Below are positions 1 to 8,361 of a DNA stretch of 64,000 bases, piece after piece. The stretch comes from Oscillospiraceae bacterium. Lineage in GTDB: Bacteria; Bacillota; Clostridia; Oscillospirales; CAG-272. The notes under the pieces are model-generated. The model was not told the origin of the DNA, made no database searches, and saw only the letters and a program-made list of their open reading frames with translations. The stretch lies in NCBI GenBank assembly GCA_015064395.1, contig SVSH01000010.1, positions 4,890-68,889 on the forward strand, given 5' to 3'. Within the stretch, counting starts at the first letter, position 1. Every line of letters begins with the position of its first letter. Both the position numbers and the translations under genes were made by a program.

Positions 1-3000
1 AGCTGACTACTGACATTGCTGCTATCGCAGCTGATTATCTGAAGGCTGCTGACAAGACCGCTCTTGAGGCTCTGATCGCTGCTAACACCACCAAGGCTAC
101 CGCTCTGCAGGCTCAGGTTGACGCTCTGTCCACCAAGCTGGACACTGAGGTCACTAAGCTTGCTACCAAGGCTGCTGTTGAGGCTGCTGTTGCTGAGCTG
201 AAGGCTGCTGACGCTGAGATGGCTGCTGACATCGCTCAGCTGCAGGAGATCGTATACCAGATCCTGAGCGCAATCCTGCCCCAGGAAGAGGTTGAGACCC
301 TGACCGGCGAAGAGGCTGACTTTGGCGAACTGCTGAAGAACTGGGATGCTACCACCATCACTGCTGCTATCTCCAAGAAGTGGAGCCTGGAGGAGTGGAA
401 CACCACGACTCCTAAGGTAATCGCTGCTATCGAGGATATCCAGGACCTGCTGGAGAAGCTGTATGCCCAGGATGAGAACGGCAAGTGGATCTATGCATAC
501 ACCGAGGCTAACAAGATCGCTGTTGACAACGCTCTTGCTCCTCTGAACATTGAGATCTTCCTGGCTGGCAACGAGAAGGCTGAGTACGACTACGTTGCTA
601 AGATCATGGAGTACACCTTCCTGCGTGTTGCTAACGGCGACGACCTGGATGCCCTGTACGCTGCTGTTGATGCTGCAAACAAGGTTCCCACCTTCGCTGA
701 CGAGATGGATTGGTTGCTCAATGGTACCATCAAGGAAGACGGCACTCGCAACGAGGACGGCTTCGTTCACATCGGTCACACCCACGACTTCGATCCCAGC
801 GATAAGGTTGAACAGCTGGCACAGGTTGTCACCATTGCTGACATCGCTGACTACAACGCATTCACTTGGGCATTCGACGTTCTGGTTTCCAAGTACCTGA
901 CCGACGATGCTTTCGATACCACCATCTATGAGGATACTTACGGCAAGCAGGCTATCATGTACGTTTGGGAGCACCCCACCACTGGCAAGCAGATCGTTTC
1001 TGCTAACAACAAGACCACCGGCTATGCTACCAATGATGATGGCAAGAAGGAGACCGGTACGAACGGCAATGAAGTCGTTTGGAAGTACGTCGGCATCACC
1101 ATCCTGGTAGATGATGAGGCTGCTGTTTGGAAGAAGGTTAACCAGTACGGTATCGACATTCTTCCTTCCGATATCGCTGAGTTCAAGTGCGACCTGATCA
1201 TGAACATGGTCTTCTGGAACACTCTGACCGAGGGCTCTCTCGCTAACAACTACGGCGGCGAGCAGATCAAGATCGCTAAGGATCCCAAGAACTACGCTTC
1301 CGTTTACGCTGCTCTTACCTACCAGCTGCAGAACTGCGTTGAGCTGATCAACACCGCTAAGGCTACCTTCAAGGCATTCCTGAAGGATGTTGTTAAGGCT
1401 GACGGCGTTCTGGCTGATACCACCGCTCTGAACACCATGACCACCATCACCCGCGATCAGTACCTCGAGGCTCTGACCATCGAGATGTGCACCGCTATCG
1501 TAGGTGGCAAGGAATATGATCTCTACCTGACCGGTAAGGTTCAGGCAGATATGGAAAAGGCTGTCAACCGCAACACCTGCGAGGGCGCTGTTTCCGACAC
1601 CGTTAAGAATGCAATCAATGCAAACGGCACTACCGACAACGATTACCAGCTGTACCTCGACATGATCAACAAGGTTGCTGGCAAGATGTTCGAGATCTAT
1701 CAGCTCTACGCTATCGATCTGCTGGAGATCATCCTGAATGACTACCAGTCCGTCCGCGTTAACGTTGGTCTGTACACCACCCTTCCCCAGAACGGTGTTT
1801 GGGAGAAGGATCTGGGCGTTAAGGCTGAGGCTGTCGAGACCGAGGGCTTCCTCGCTGCATTCCTGAACGGCGCTAAGTTTGAGGGCTGGTCCGCTAACCC
1901 CACCGCTGACGCTAAGAATGCTCTGACCGTTGCCGCTCCTACCTTCGACGTTCTGAAGAACTACTACAAGGCTGGCCTCAACGGCGTTGCTGGTACTGCC
2001 TACATCGCAGATCCTATCGTTACCATTCGTAACAATGACCAGGCTCTGTTGCACCTGCTGAACTCCGCTGTTATCGGCGTACGTGACAGCATCGAGGGTG
2101 CTACCTTCGAGGCTAACGGCGCTAACGCTAACAGCTACAAGGTCTTCGCAACGCTGCTGACCAACGCTGTTGCAAACCTGGAAGAGGTTTACGCAAGATT
2201 CCTGTTCGAGGACTACAAGAAGATTCAGATCAACACCATTTACAACTACGCTACCGAGCGCGCTAACCTGTTCAGCGGCGAGGGCGACACCGCTCTGATC
2301 GCAGCTATGCAGGATTACCTGGTTGGCGCTAAGGCAGGCGACAACACCCTGTTCCCCGGTTGCGGCCTGGCTAACGGTTCTCTGGCTGCTGACCTGAAGG
2401 GTGCTAAGTACACTGTTGATCCCGAGACCGAGATCATCGAGTGGGTCAATGAGATCGACAAGCTCGTTCCCGTTGCTAAGGCTGAGGTTGAAAAGCTGAT
2501 TGATGCTTACGAGCTGATGCTGGATGAGATGGCTATCAAGCGCAACTTCCTGGCATACCTCGAGACCGCTACCATGAGCCTGCAGGAGATCTACTACAAC
2601 TACAGAACCATTTCCGGTCTGCGTTATGCTCTGAAGATCGAGCTGTCCGGCGCTTACAACGCTGCTAAGGCAGAGATCGATATGGTTAAGTACCAGGTTG
2701 AGAGCGGCAAGCTGAAGATCGGTGCTTACAGAGATGCCTACACCAAGGTTCTCGCTATCGTATTCGACAAGGTTGAGCAGAAGGCTCACGTTGATGCTCT
2801 GCTGGGCGCAGGTTACATCGAAGCTCAGGAGAAGCTGGTTAAGTCCAACGAGGCTCATGACTACCTGACCGGTGCAAACGAACTTAAGAAGCCTGCAGCT
2901 AACAACTACCTGGGTTCTGCTGTTAACGGCTACACTGCTGAGGACGGCACCAAGGTTAAGGGCTTCGATGAGATCGCTAACACCGATACCAAGTACTCGG

Positions 3001-3056
3001 TAACCACCGGTACCGGCGCAAGCGCTACCACCGTTATCTACAAGCTGTACGAATAA
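1..3056 (+). CDS. 3' part (>1000 codons) of a very large Ala/Lys/Glu/Thr-rich surface (S-layer-like) structural protein; the 5' end lies upstream of the window
   Basis: Frame 3 is open from nt 3 to the stop at 3054-3056; track ORF 219..3056 is only the part after an internal Met. The N-part is coiled-coil-like, with no TM segment and no enzymatic motif. Codon choice is strongly biased (GCT, CTG, ACC, GTT, AAG, GAG), unlike the neighbours. A strong terminator follows. The family is not recognised, so the S-layer idea is inference. Confidence 0.6.
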   Translation, partial: LTTDIAAIAADYLKAADKTALEALIAANTTKATALQAQVDALSTKLDTEVTKLATKAAVEAAVAELKAADAEMAADIAQLQEIVYQILSAILPQEEVETLTGEEADFGELLKNWDATTITAAISKKWSLEEWNTTTPKVIAAIEDIQDLLEKLYAQDENGKWIYAYTEANKIAVDNALAPLNIEIFLAGNEKAEYDYVAKIMEYTFLRVANGDDLDALYAAVDAANKVPTFADEMDWLLNGTIKEDGTRNEDGFVHIGHTHDFDPSDKVEQLAQVVTIADIADYNAFTWAFDVLVSKYLTDDAFDTTIYEDTYGKQAIMYVWEHPTTGKQIVSANNKTTGYATNDDGKKETGTNGNEVVWKYVGITILVDDEAAVWKKVNQYGIDILPSDIAEFKCDLIMNMVFWNTLTEGSLANNYGGEQIKIAKDPKNYASVYAALTYQLQNCVELINTAKATFKAFLKDVVKADGVLADTTALNTMTTITRDQYLEALTIEMCTAIVGGKEYDLYLTGKVQADMEKAVNRNTCEGAVSDTVKNAINANGTTDNDYQLYLDMINKVAGKMFEIYQLYAIDLLEIILNDYQSVRVNVGLYTTLPQNGVWEKDLGVKAEAVETEGFLAAFLNGAKFEGWSANPTADAKNALTVAAPTFDVLKNYYKAGLNGVAGTAYIADPIVTIRNNDQALLHLLNSAVIGVRDSIEGATFEANGANANSYKVFATLLTNAVANLEEVYARFLFEDYKKIQINTIYNYATERANLFSGEGDTALIAAMQDYLVGAKAGDNTLFPGCGLANGSLAADLKGAKYTVDPETEIIEWVNEIDKLVPVAKAEVEKLIDAYELMLDEMAIKRNFLAYLETATMSLQEIYYNYRTISGLRYALKIELSGAYNAAKAEIDMVKYQVESGKLKIGAYRDAYTKVLAIVFDKVEQKAHVDALLGAGYIEAQEKLVKSNEAHDYLTGANELKKPAANNYLGSAVNGYTAEDGTKVKGFDEIANTDTKYSVTTGTGASATTVIYKLYE

Positions 3057-3101
3057 TTAGTACAATTCACAGAATATCCAATATTCTGTAAAACCTAAAA
3101 G

Positions 3102-3135
3102 CACCCCGCGGGCTTTGGCTCGCGGGGTGTCTTTT
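3102..3135 (+). terminator. rho-independent terminator of the surface-protein gene
   Basis: GC hairpin CACCCCGCG-GGCTTTGGCT-CGCGGGGTG (3102-3129) followed by TCTTTT. A second small hairpin sits at 3069-3089. Confidence 0.8.
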
Positions 3136-3169
3136 CGTAGCTGCTTTTTGAGAACGGGAAGTGCAGATA

Positions 3170-5788
3170 TTAAGTTGGACTCTCCTGCTCGTCCACGATG
3201 CGGATGGAGATCACCGACATATCGTCACTTGCACCGTGGGCGCGCGCCTGTGCAAAGATGGCGTCAATCAGGGCGGAATCGTCAATCAGTGCTTTCCCTT
3301 CGCTTGACACAACGGAAGAAAGATAGTCGCTTAGCAAATCGCCGCCGGCGTCCCCGTTTTGCTCGGCCGAGTCGGTGACGCCATCGCTCATAAGAAGAAT
3401 GTGATCGCCCGCTTGTACCTCGAAAGGGATCACTTGAGCATCGATGGCCTGCAGGATGCCGATGGGAACGGTGTGCGAGGACAGGCGAAACAGCCGCCCG
3501 TCTCGCAAAATCAAGCTGGCCGCCGCTCCGCTTTTGATAAAGCGCGCCCGGCCTCGGTAGAGGTCTAATTCAAAAAGATCGACAGTAGACGTGCATTCCT
3601 CTCCTTCGCCGCCGTGACGAGAGAGCAAGTATTGATTAAGTAGCCGAAGGGCCGTTCTGACCCCGACGCCCGTCCGCAAGACGCGTTCCAAAAATACCGC
3701 GCATATGCCGGAGGTCAGTGCGGCACTCCTGCCACTGCCCATGCCGTCGCACAGAAGGGCAAAAAACATGCCGCCCTCGCCCTCAAACAGCCGCAGGGTA
3801 TCGCCGCAAACCGTCCGTTTGCTCTGGCGTGCGCCGCCGGTCTCTGCCGCAACGGATCGGTGCACATAATCCACTCGCAGCCGGGGCAGTGTCTTGAGCG
3901 AAATGGTGCCATCCTCACTGCCGTCATAGTGTAGCTTCGAAACGGGAGAAGCAAGGATACGAGCAAGGTCCGCCCGAAACTCCTCCTTTTGCAGTGTGAG
4001 CGCGGAGGGGGTCAGCCCTAATAATTTCAGTTCCTTCTGCCCGTTCCCGCGCAAGTAAACGTGACGAACCGGGATGTTTTTTTCTGCCAAATACCGTGCC
4101 ACCTTCTCCTCGGCATCGTCCTCTCTTGATGGGAGGGCGTTTTCTTTTTGCCGCCGCAAAATATCGCGCAACAAGTGAGAGATGGCATCGCAGGACATGG
4201 CAAATTGCTCGTTTTGCGCGCCGTGAGCAAGCTCAAACGATCGACGGGAAACGCGGTAATTGATCTCACCAAGGATGGTTTTGGTGTGAGGACACCGCCC
4301 GCGCAGGGCGGGGGAAAGACACTCCTCGATCGCCTTTTTATCGGCGGCCAGCGTTCGGCTCAAGGCATAGATGCCTCCCACGGTGTCGGCGTATTCCTCG
4401 TTCCAGCAGACGTCTTTGTTGGGGCACTCGGGGCAATAGTCATCGTAGACCTCGTCGCACAGGTAACGCAATTCGGTAGCCCCCGGGCGTTGCATGGTTT
4501 CGGCGCACTGGCGGAACACCTCTCCGAGTGAGCTGAAGCTACCTGCGACTGCACTCAAATGCGCTGTGAGATCGGCGGTGTTTTCCTGCTCGTCGAGTAA
4601 AAGCCGGAGCGTGCTGTTTTGTACCAGGAGGCGACTGTCCTGCACCGTGCCGGCCTGCGAGGCATCCATTTTGTCCAGTAAGCGGAAAAGCATTCGAATC
4701 AGGATAACGCCTACGGTCAGCGAGGGGGCAATGGCAAGAAACATTGGCATTCCCCCGACCAGCAGAAGATACAAATAGGCAAACAGGGCGGCGGGGAGCA
4801 AGGCCAGCCCACCCATGGCCGTATATAGCAGGGCATAGGGAAGGGCCAAGCAAAGATACATGGGGATGATCAGAGGATCATAGGCTATCCCGCACAATAG
4901 CGAGACGGCAATCCCTCCGGCCAGCCCCAGCCGCCGCACCCTGGGCACGATTAATAGAACGGAGAGCACGACAACGGGAGAAATGCCGATGAAAGACAAG
5001 GATCTGCCGCAAAAGCAGAGGCTCATCAACAGCGTCGCACCGCCGATTCCTCGCCAGATGGTCGCCCCCGCTTGCCACCGTGGCGCAAGCGAGGCGATCG
5101 TCTGAGGGGAAGCCATGGTTATAGCGAATAATGCGGTGGCCGCTGGGGCAAGCAATAAATAAAACACGGCGCCGAACAGATCGTAAACAGCAAATCCTCC
5201 GCTCGCGGGAATAGCCAGGGCTGGGAGGAGCGCGCTCAAAAGAGCGACCATAACGCGCAAACTGATCGGTTCGTCGAATAGAGGCGGCAAGGGAGGGAGA
5301 GCCGCTTGTTCCGGCAAAGATGCATGCTCTTTTGCGAATACCCCCCCACGGTGACAAAGCATCTTACATTGCCGGCGGGCATGCGCCAGGCACAGACGGC
5401 GCAGTTGACGGGAGGAGGGGCTATTTTCTTTTGCCTTTGCTGTTGTCAGAAACAGGCGGCAAAAAAGTCGCAACAAAAGGGCAATGATGGCGCTTCCCGC
5501 GTACCAAAGGATATGATGTCCGCCTTGCCAAAGCCCCAAAAGCGCCCCGACCAGCACCCAGCCGATATGCTCATCGACGGCGCACAACAAGGCCAGTCCC
5601 AGCGGATTGACGGAAAACAAAAGGGGCGCTTGACAAAGGACCCAAGCAGCCAATCCTTTGGCAAGACCGGGTATGAGCTCGCGTAATTTTTGGGGGAGAG
5701 GGAGTCCCTCATCAAGCAGAGGGGACGTCCGCTGACGGGGCGCCGAGCCTGTCGACGGATCGACACGCTGATTTTGGTGTGTTTGCAT
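3170..5788 (-). CDS. spoIIE: stage II sporulation protein E (SpoIIE), a membrane-anchored PP2C phosphatase
   Basis: 872 aa. The long N-terminal half is multi-pass hydrophobic. The C-terminal PP2C/SpoIIE block contains FFALLCDGMGSGRSAA and ILLMSDGVTD. Confidence 0.9.
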   Translation of the reverse strand: MQTHQNQRVDPSTGSAPRQRTSPLLDEGLPLPQKLRELIPGLAKGLAAWVLCQAPLLFSVNPLGLALLCAVDEHIGWVLVGALLGLWQGGHHILWYAGSAIIALLLRLFCRLFLTTAKAKENSPSSRQLRRLCLAHARRQCKMLCHRGGVFAKEHASLPEQAALPPLPPLFDEPISLRVMVALLSALLPALAIPASGGFAVYDLFGAVFYLLLAPAATALFAITMASPQTIASLAPRWQAGATIWRGIGGATLLMSLCFCGRSLSFIGISPVVVLSVLLIVPRVRRLGLAGGIAVSLLCGIAYDPLIIPMYLCLALPYALLYTAMGGLALLPAALFAYLYLLLVGGMPMFLAIAPSLTVGVILIRMLFRLLDKMDASQAGTVQDSRLLVQNSTLRLLLDEQENTADLTAHLSAVAGSFSSLGEVFRQCAETMQRPGATELRYLCDEVYDDYCPECPNKDVCWNEEYADTVGGIYALSRTLAADKKAIEECLSPALRGRCPHTKTILGEINYRVSRRSFELAHGAQNEQFAMSCDAISHLLRDILRRQKENALPSREDDAEEKVARYLAEKNIPVRHVYLRGNGQKELKLLGLTPSALTLQKEEFRADLARILASPVSKLHYDGSEDGTISLKTLPRLRVDYVHRSVAAETGGARQSKRTVCGDTLRLFEGEGGMFFALLCDGMGSGRSAALTSGICAVFLERVLRTGVGVRTALRLLNQYLLSRHGGEGEECTSTVDLFELDLYRGRARFIKSGAAASLILRDGRLFRLSSHTVPIGILQAIDAQVIPFEVQAGDHILLMSDGVTDSAEQNGDAGGDLLSDYLSSVVSSEGKALIDDSALIDAIFAQARAHGASDDMSVISIRIVDEQESPT

Positions 5789-5919
5789 ATGTACCTCCTT
5801 GATAGGTCCTATCGTGGTAGCTTGTCCATTTAGACACTTTATTGTACCGCATTTTGCTTAAGGAAGCTGTCGAAAGAGGGCGGACACATCAATTCTCTTG
5901 GCGATTGCGCCCTGTCTCA

Positions 5920-5948
5920 TTGACATGAAGGCGGTTTTGTGGTATACT
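5920..5948 (+). promoter_or_regulatory. sigma-A-type promoter for the YpsA-like gene
   Basis: TTGACA (5920-5925), 17-nt spacer, TGgTATACT extended -10 (5940-5948). Confidence 0.6.
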
Positions 5949-5976
5949 GGGATACACACCAAGCAAGGGAGGGCGA

Positions 5977-6483
5977 GTGATGTCACAGGATTTGTTTTTG
6001 GACCGGCCGCGGATCGTCTGTCTGACGGGTCACCGCCACATTCCACCCGCACACGCCCTGCGTTTGCCTGCCCTGTTGGATGCCAAAATGAGAGAGCTGA
6101 TCGCGCAGGGAACGGAGGAATTTCGCGCCGGTGGGGCAATGGGCTTTGATATGCTGGCCGCCCTCAAGGTGCTGGAGCTTCGAGAGAGCGTCCCGCATCT
6201 GCGCCTGCGCCTGTGTCTCCCCTGCCGCGACCAGACCCGAGGCTGGGACGAATACAGCCGCCGCGCGTACCAATACATTTTGGATCGGGCGGATGCCGTC
6301 AGCTACGTCGCGGACAGCTACACCTCCACCTGTATGCTGGAGCGTGACCGACGCCTCGTCGAGGGGAGTGATGTGTGCCTGGCCTATTGCACGCAAAACC
6401 GCGGTGGCACCTTCTACACTTGCACCTACGCACTCAAACGAGACGTCCCGTTGATCAATTTAGCGGACGAACTGCCAAAATAA
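5977..6483 (+). CDS. ypsA: YpsA / DUF1273 family SLOG-domain protein
   Basis: 168 aa. Motifs CLTGHR and GGAMGFDMLAA match the DUF1273 (YpsA) Rossmann-like SLOG pattern. RBS AAGGGAGGG at 5966-5974. The start is GTG at 5977 or ATG at 5980. Confidence 0.75.
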   Translation: MMSQDLFLDRPRIVCLTGHRHIPPAHALRLPALLDAKMRELIAQGTEEFRAGGAMGFDMLAALKVLELRESVPHLRLRLCLPCRDQTRGWDEYSRRAYQYILDRADAVSYVADSYTSTCMLERDRRLVEGSDVCLAYCTQNRGGTFYTCTYALKRDVPLINLADELPK

Positions 6484-6484
6484 A

Positions 6485-6534
6485 AAGACCGACCGTTCTC
6501 ACAGCGCCGTGCTGTGGCCGGTCGATCTTTTTTG
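6485..6534. terminator. bidirectional terminator between convergent genes
   Basis: Nested hairpin GACCGACCG...CACAGC-GCCGT-GCTGTG...CGGTCGATC, flanked by an A-run (6482-6485) and a T-run (6528-6533). Confidence 0.65.
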
Positions 6535-6543
6535 ATGCCGATC

Positions 6544-6771
6544 TTATTCTGCCATTTCGCCGTACCCCTCGCGCTCGCGGAACAAGAGCGAGATGCACCA
6601 AACGCCCGCCAGGGCAATGACGGTGTAAATAATACGGCTGATCAGAGCGCTCTGGCCGCCGCAGATCCAAGCGACGATATCAAACTGAAACAGCCCAATG
6701 CTACCCCAGTTGAGCGCGCCGACAATGGTAAGAATCAGCGCAATACGATCCAAAATCATGACTGTGACCAT
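6544..6771 (-). CDS. DUF378 family small membrane protein
   Basis: 75 aa with two hydrophobic helices. The LNWG motif (IVGALNWGSIGLF) is typical of DUF378. The start could instead be the second Met (MILD...). Confidence 0.75.
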   Translation of the reverse strand: MVTVMILDRIALILTIVGALNWGSIGLFQFDIVAWICGGQSALISRIIYTVIALAGVWCISLLFREREGYGEMAE

Positions 6772-6893
6772 ATTCCTTTCTTAGGCTACTGTGAGCGGCG
6801 CGCTCTGCTTGCGGCAAAACACTCCGTCAAGGACAGTATGCACCGAAAGTCTTATCATTATGCGGCATATATGTTTTGAAAACAAAATCTTTT

Positions 6894-7085
6894 TCACTCC
6901 GATTCGGGTTGCTGCGGAACGGAAATCTCTCCCTCTGTGCTCTCAAAGGACTTGATCTCTTGACGGATCAAATAAAGGATCTCACCATTGGCGGAGCGAC
7001 CGTAGTATTTAGAGATATAGTGCAGCTTGTAATGAAGAATAGGATCAATTTCAATGCCGAGATGCTTGTTCTTCTTGTTTCTCAT
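6894..7085 (-). CDS. Arc/MetJ-type ribbon-helix-helix DNA-binding protein
   Basis: 63 aa from the internal Met of track ORF 6894..7220. HLGIEIDPILHYKLHYISKYYGRSANGEILYLIRQEI fits beta-strand/helix/helix Arc-family architecture. It lies in an AT-rich islet, divergent from the DUF2493 gene. Confidence 0.6.
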   Translation of the reverse strand: MRNKKNKHLGIEIDPILHYKLHYISKYYGRSANGEILYLIRQEIKSFESTEGEISVPQQPESE

Positions 7086-7110
7086 AAAAAATCTCCAAAT
7101 CATCTTAATA

Positions 7111-7171
7111 TAAGTATATTTTAAGATAATTTTGTGGTATAATGTTGCGAGTATACTTATAATAAGTATAC
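7111..7171 (+). promoter_or_regulatory. promoter plus candidate operator of the DUF2493 gene
   Basis: Extended -10 TGgTATAAT (7135-7143). Three TAAGTATA half-sites: 7111-7118, an inverted copy at 7152-7159, and 7163-7170. The last two form the 21-nt palindrome GTATACTTAT-A-ATAAGTATAC (7151-7171). Confidence 0.55.
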
Positions 7172-7188
7172 TAATTTTGGAGGTTTTT

Positions 7189-7524
7189 ATGAAAATCGCA
7201 ATTGTTGGCTCGAGAAACATGATACCGGAGCATATAGAGGAGTATGTTACGGATGAGGATGAGATTGTATCCGGCGGTGCTGTCGGAGTCGATCAATATG
7301 CCGCAACATACGCAAAAGAGCATGCATTAAAGCTTACCGAATTTTTGCCGCAGTATACATTATATGGAAGGGCGGCTCCAATCGTCAGGAACAAAGCAAT
7401 CGTTGATTACTGTGACCAAGTCGTGGCTTTTTGGGATGGGCGTTCTAAGGGCACATTATTTGTGATCAAATATGCGAAGAAGATCGGCAAGCCATGTACA
7501 GTCGTATTAATCAATACCGATTAA
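7189..7524 (+). CDS. DUF2493-type SLOG-domain protein
   Basis: 111 aa from the internal Met with GGAGG RBS (7179-7183). Motifs IAIVGSR, SGGAVGVDQYA, YGRAAPIVRN and VAFWDGRSKGT match the DUF2493/DprA-like SLOG pattern. Confidence 0.72.
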   Translation: MKIAIVGSRNMIPEHIEEYVTDEDEIVSGGAVGVDQYAATYAKEHALKLTEFLPQYTLYGRAAPIVRNKAIVDYCDQVVAFWDGRSKGTLFVIKYAKKIGKPCTVVLINTD

Positions 7525-7533
7525 TTCGCGCAA

Positions 7534-7568
7534 ATAAAAAATCGCAGGCCAAAGCCTGCGATTTTTTA
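7534..7568. terminator. bidirectional rho-independent terminator
   Basis: AAAAAA-ATCGCAGGC-CAAA-GCCTGCGAT-TTTTT between convergent genes. Confidence 0.85.
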
Positions 7569-7575
7569 GAATGAA

Positions 7576-8217
7576 TTACGCCTGTCTCTTGGCCAGACAG
7601 AACGCCAGAGCCTCATCGGCGGCAGAGGCCGCGTCGTCGGTGTAGCAATCGGCACCAATGCTGTCGCAGAAGGCCTTGGAGACGGGAGCACCGCCGACCA
7701 TGACCTTAACGTTGAGCCCGCGCGCCTTGACGGCGTCAACCACGTTCTTCATCTCGCCCATGGTGGTGGTGAGCAGAGCAGAGCAGCAGATGACGTCGGC
7801 ATTGTGCTCGATGGCCTTTTCCACAAAGGTCTCGGTGGGCACGTCAACGCCCAGATCATAGACCGTCAGACCCTTGCTCTCCAGCATCATCTTAACGAGG
7901 TTCTTGCCAATGTCGTGCAGGTCGCCCTTGACGGTACCGACAACGGCAACACCGTTGGCCTCGACGCCGTCGCGAAGCAGAGCGTCCTTAAGCTCAGCCA
8001 TACCCTGGTTCATCGCGCGTGCGGCAATGAGAACCTCAGGCACGTAAACCTCGCCCGCCTTGAACTGCTCGCCAATGACAGCCATGCCGGCCAGCAGGCC
8101 CTCGTTCATGATGGTCTTGGGGTCCATACCCTCGTCGAGCGCCTGGCGTACCAAGGCTACGACCTGCTTGGCGCGACCCTGTTGCAACAGGCTGCTGATA
8201 TCTTCCAAAATAGACAT
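7576..8217 (-). CDS. cobalamin-binding corrinoid protein (methyltransferase-cognate type)
   Basis: 213 aa. N-terminal B12-binding cap helix bundle, then a Rossmann domain with DxHxxG (GDLHDIGKN), SALLTTT and VMVGGAP. Confidence 0.9.
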   Translation of the reverse strand: MSILEDISSLLQQGRAKQVVALVRQALDEGMDPKTIMNEGLLAGMAVIGEQFKAGEVYVPEVLIAARAMNQGMAELKDALLRDGVEANGVAVVGTVKGDLHDIGKNLVKMMLESKGLTVYDLGVDVPTETFVEKAIEHNADVICCSALLTTTMGEMKNVVDAVKARGLNVKVMVGGAPVSKAFCDSIGADCYTDDAASAADEALAFCLAKRQA

Positions 8218-8299
8218 AGGTAACTTCCTTTCCCGCCCGTAGGGGCGCGGCGCGAGCGCCGAGAAAAATGTTTTTTATGTTGAATTTTTTTATTTTCTC

Positions 8300-8328
8300 T
8301 TGCAATTTGTGGTGGGTTTTGCTATACT
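8300..8328 (+). promoter_or_regulatory. sigma-A-type promoter for the corrinoid activase gene
   Basis: TTGCAA (8300-8305), 17-nt spacer, TATACT (8323-8328). Confidence 0.5.
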
Positions 8329-8361
8329 TTTGATGACCGATGATAGAAAGCGAGGAGACGT

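Noticed and set aside
6880-7570. A toxin-antitoxin pair (RHH antitoxin + toxin)
   Set aside because: The two genes are divergent rather than co-transcribed. The partner is a SLOG/DUF2493 protein, not a known toxin fold. The locus is kept as a finding with an open functional interpretation rather than called a TA system.
8218-8361. A cobalamin riboswitch upstream of the corrinoid-protein or activase genes
   Set aside because: The divergent spacer is only 144 nt. I could not find the B12-box or the expected multi-stem architecture. It appears to contain only promoters.
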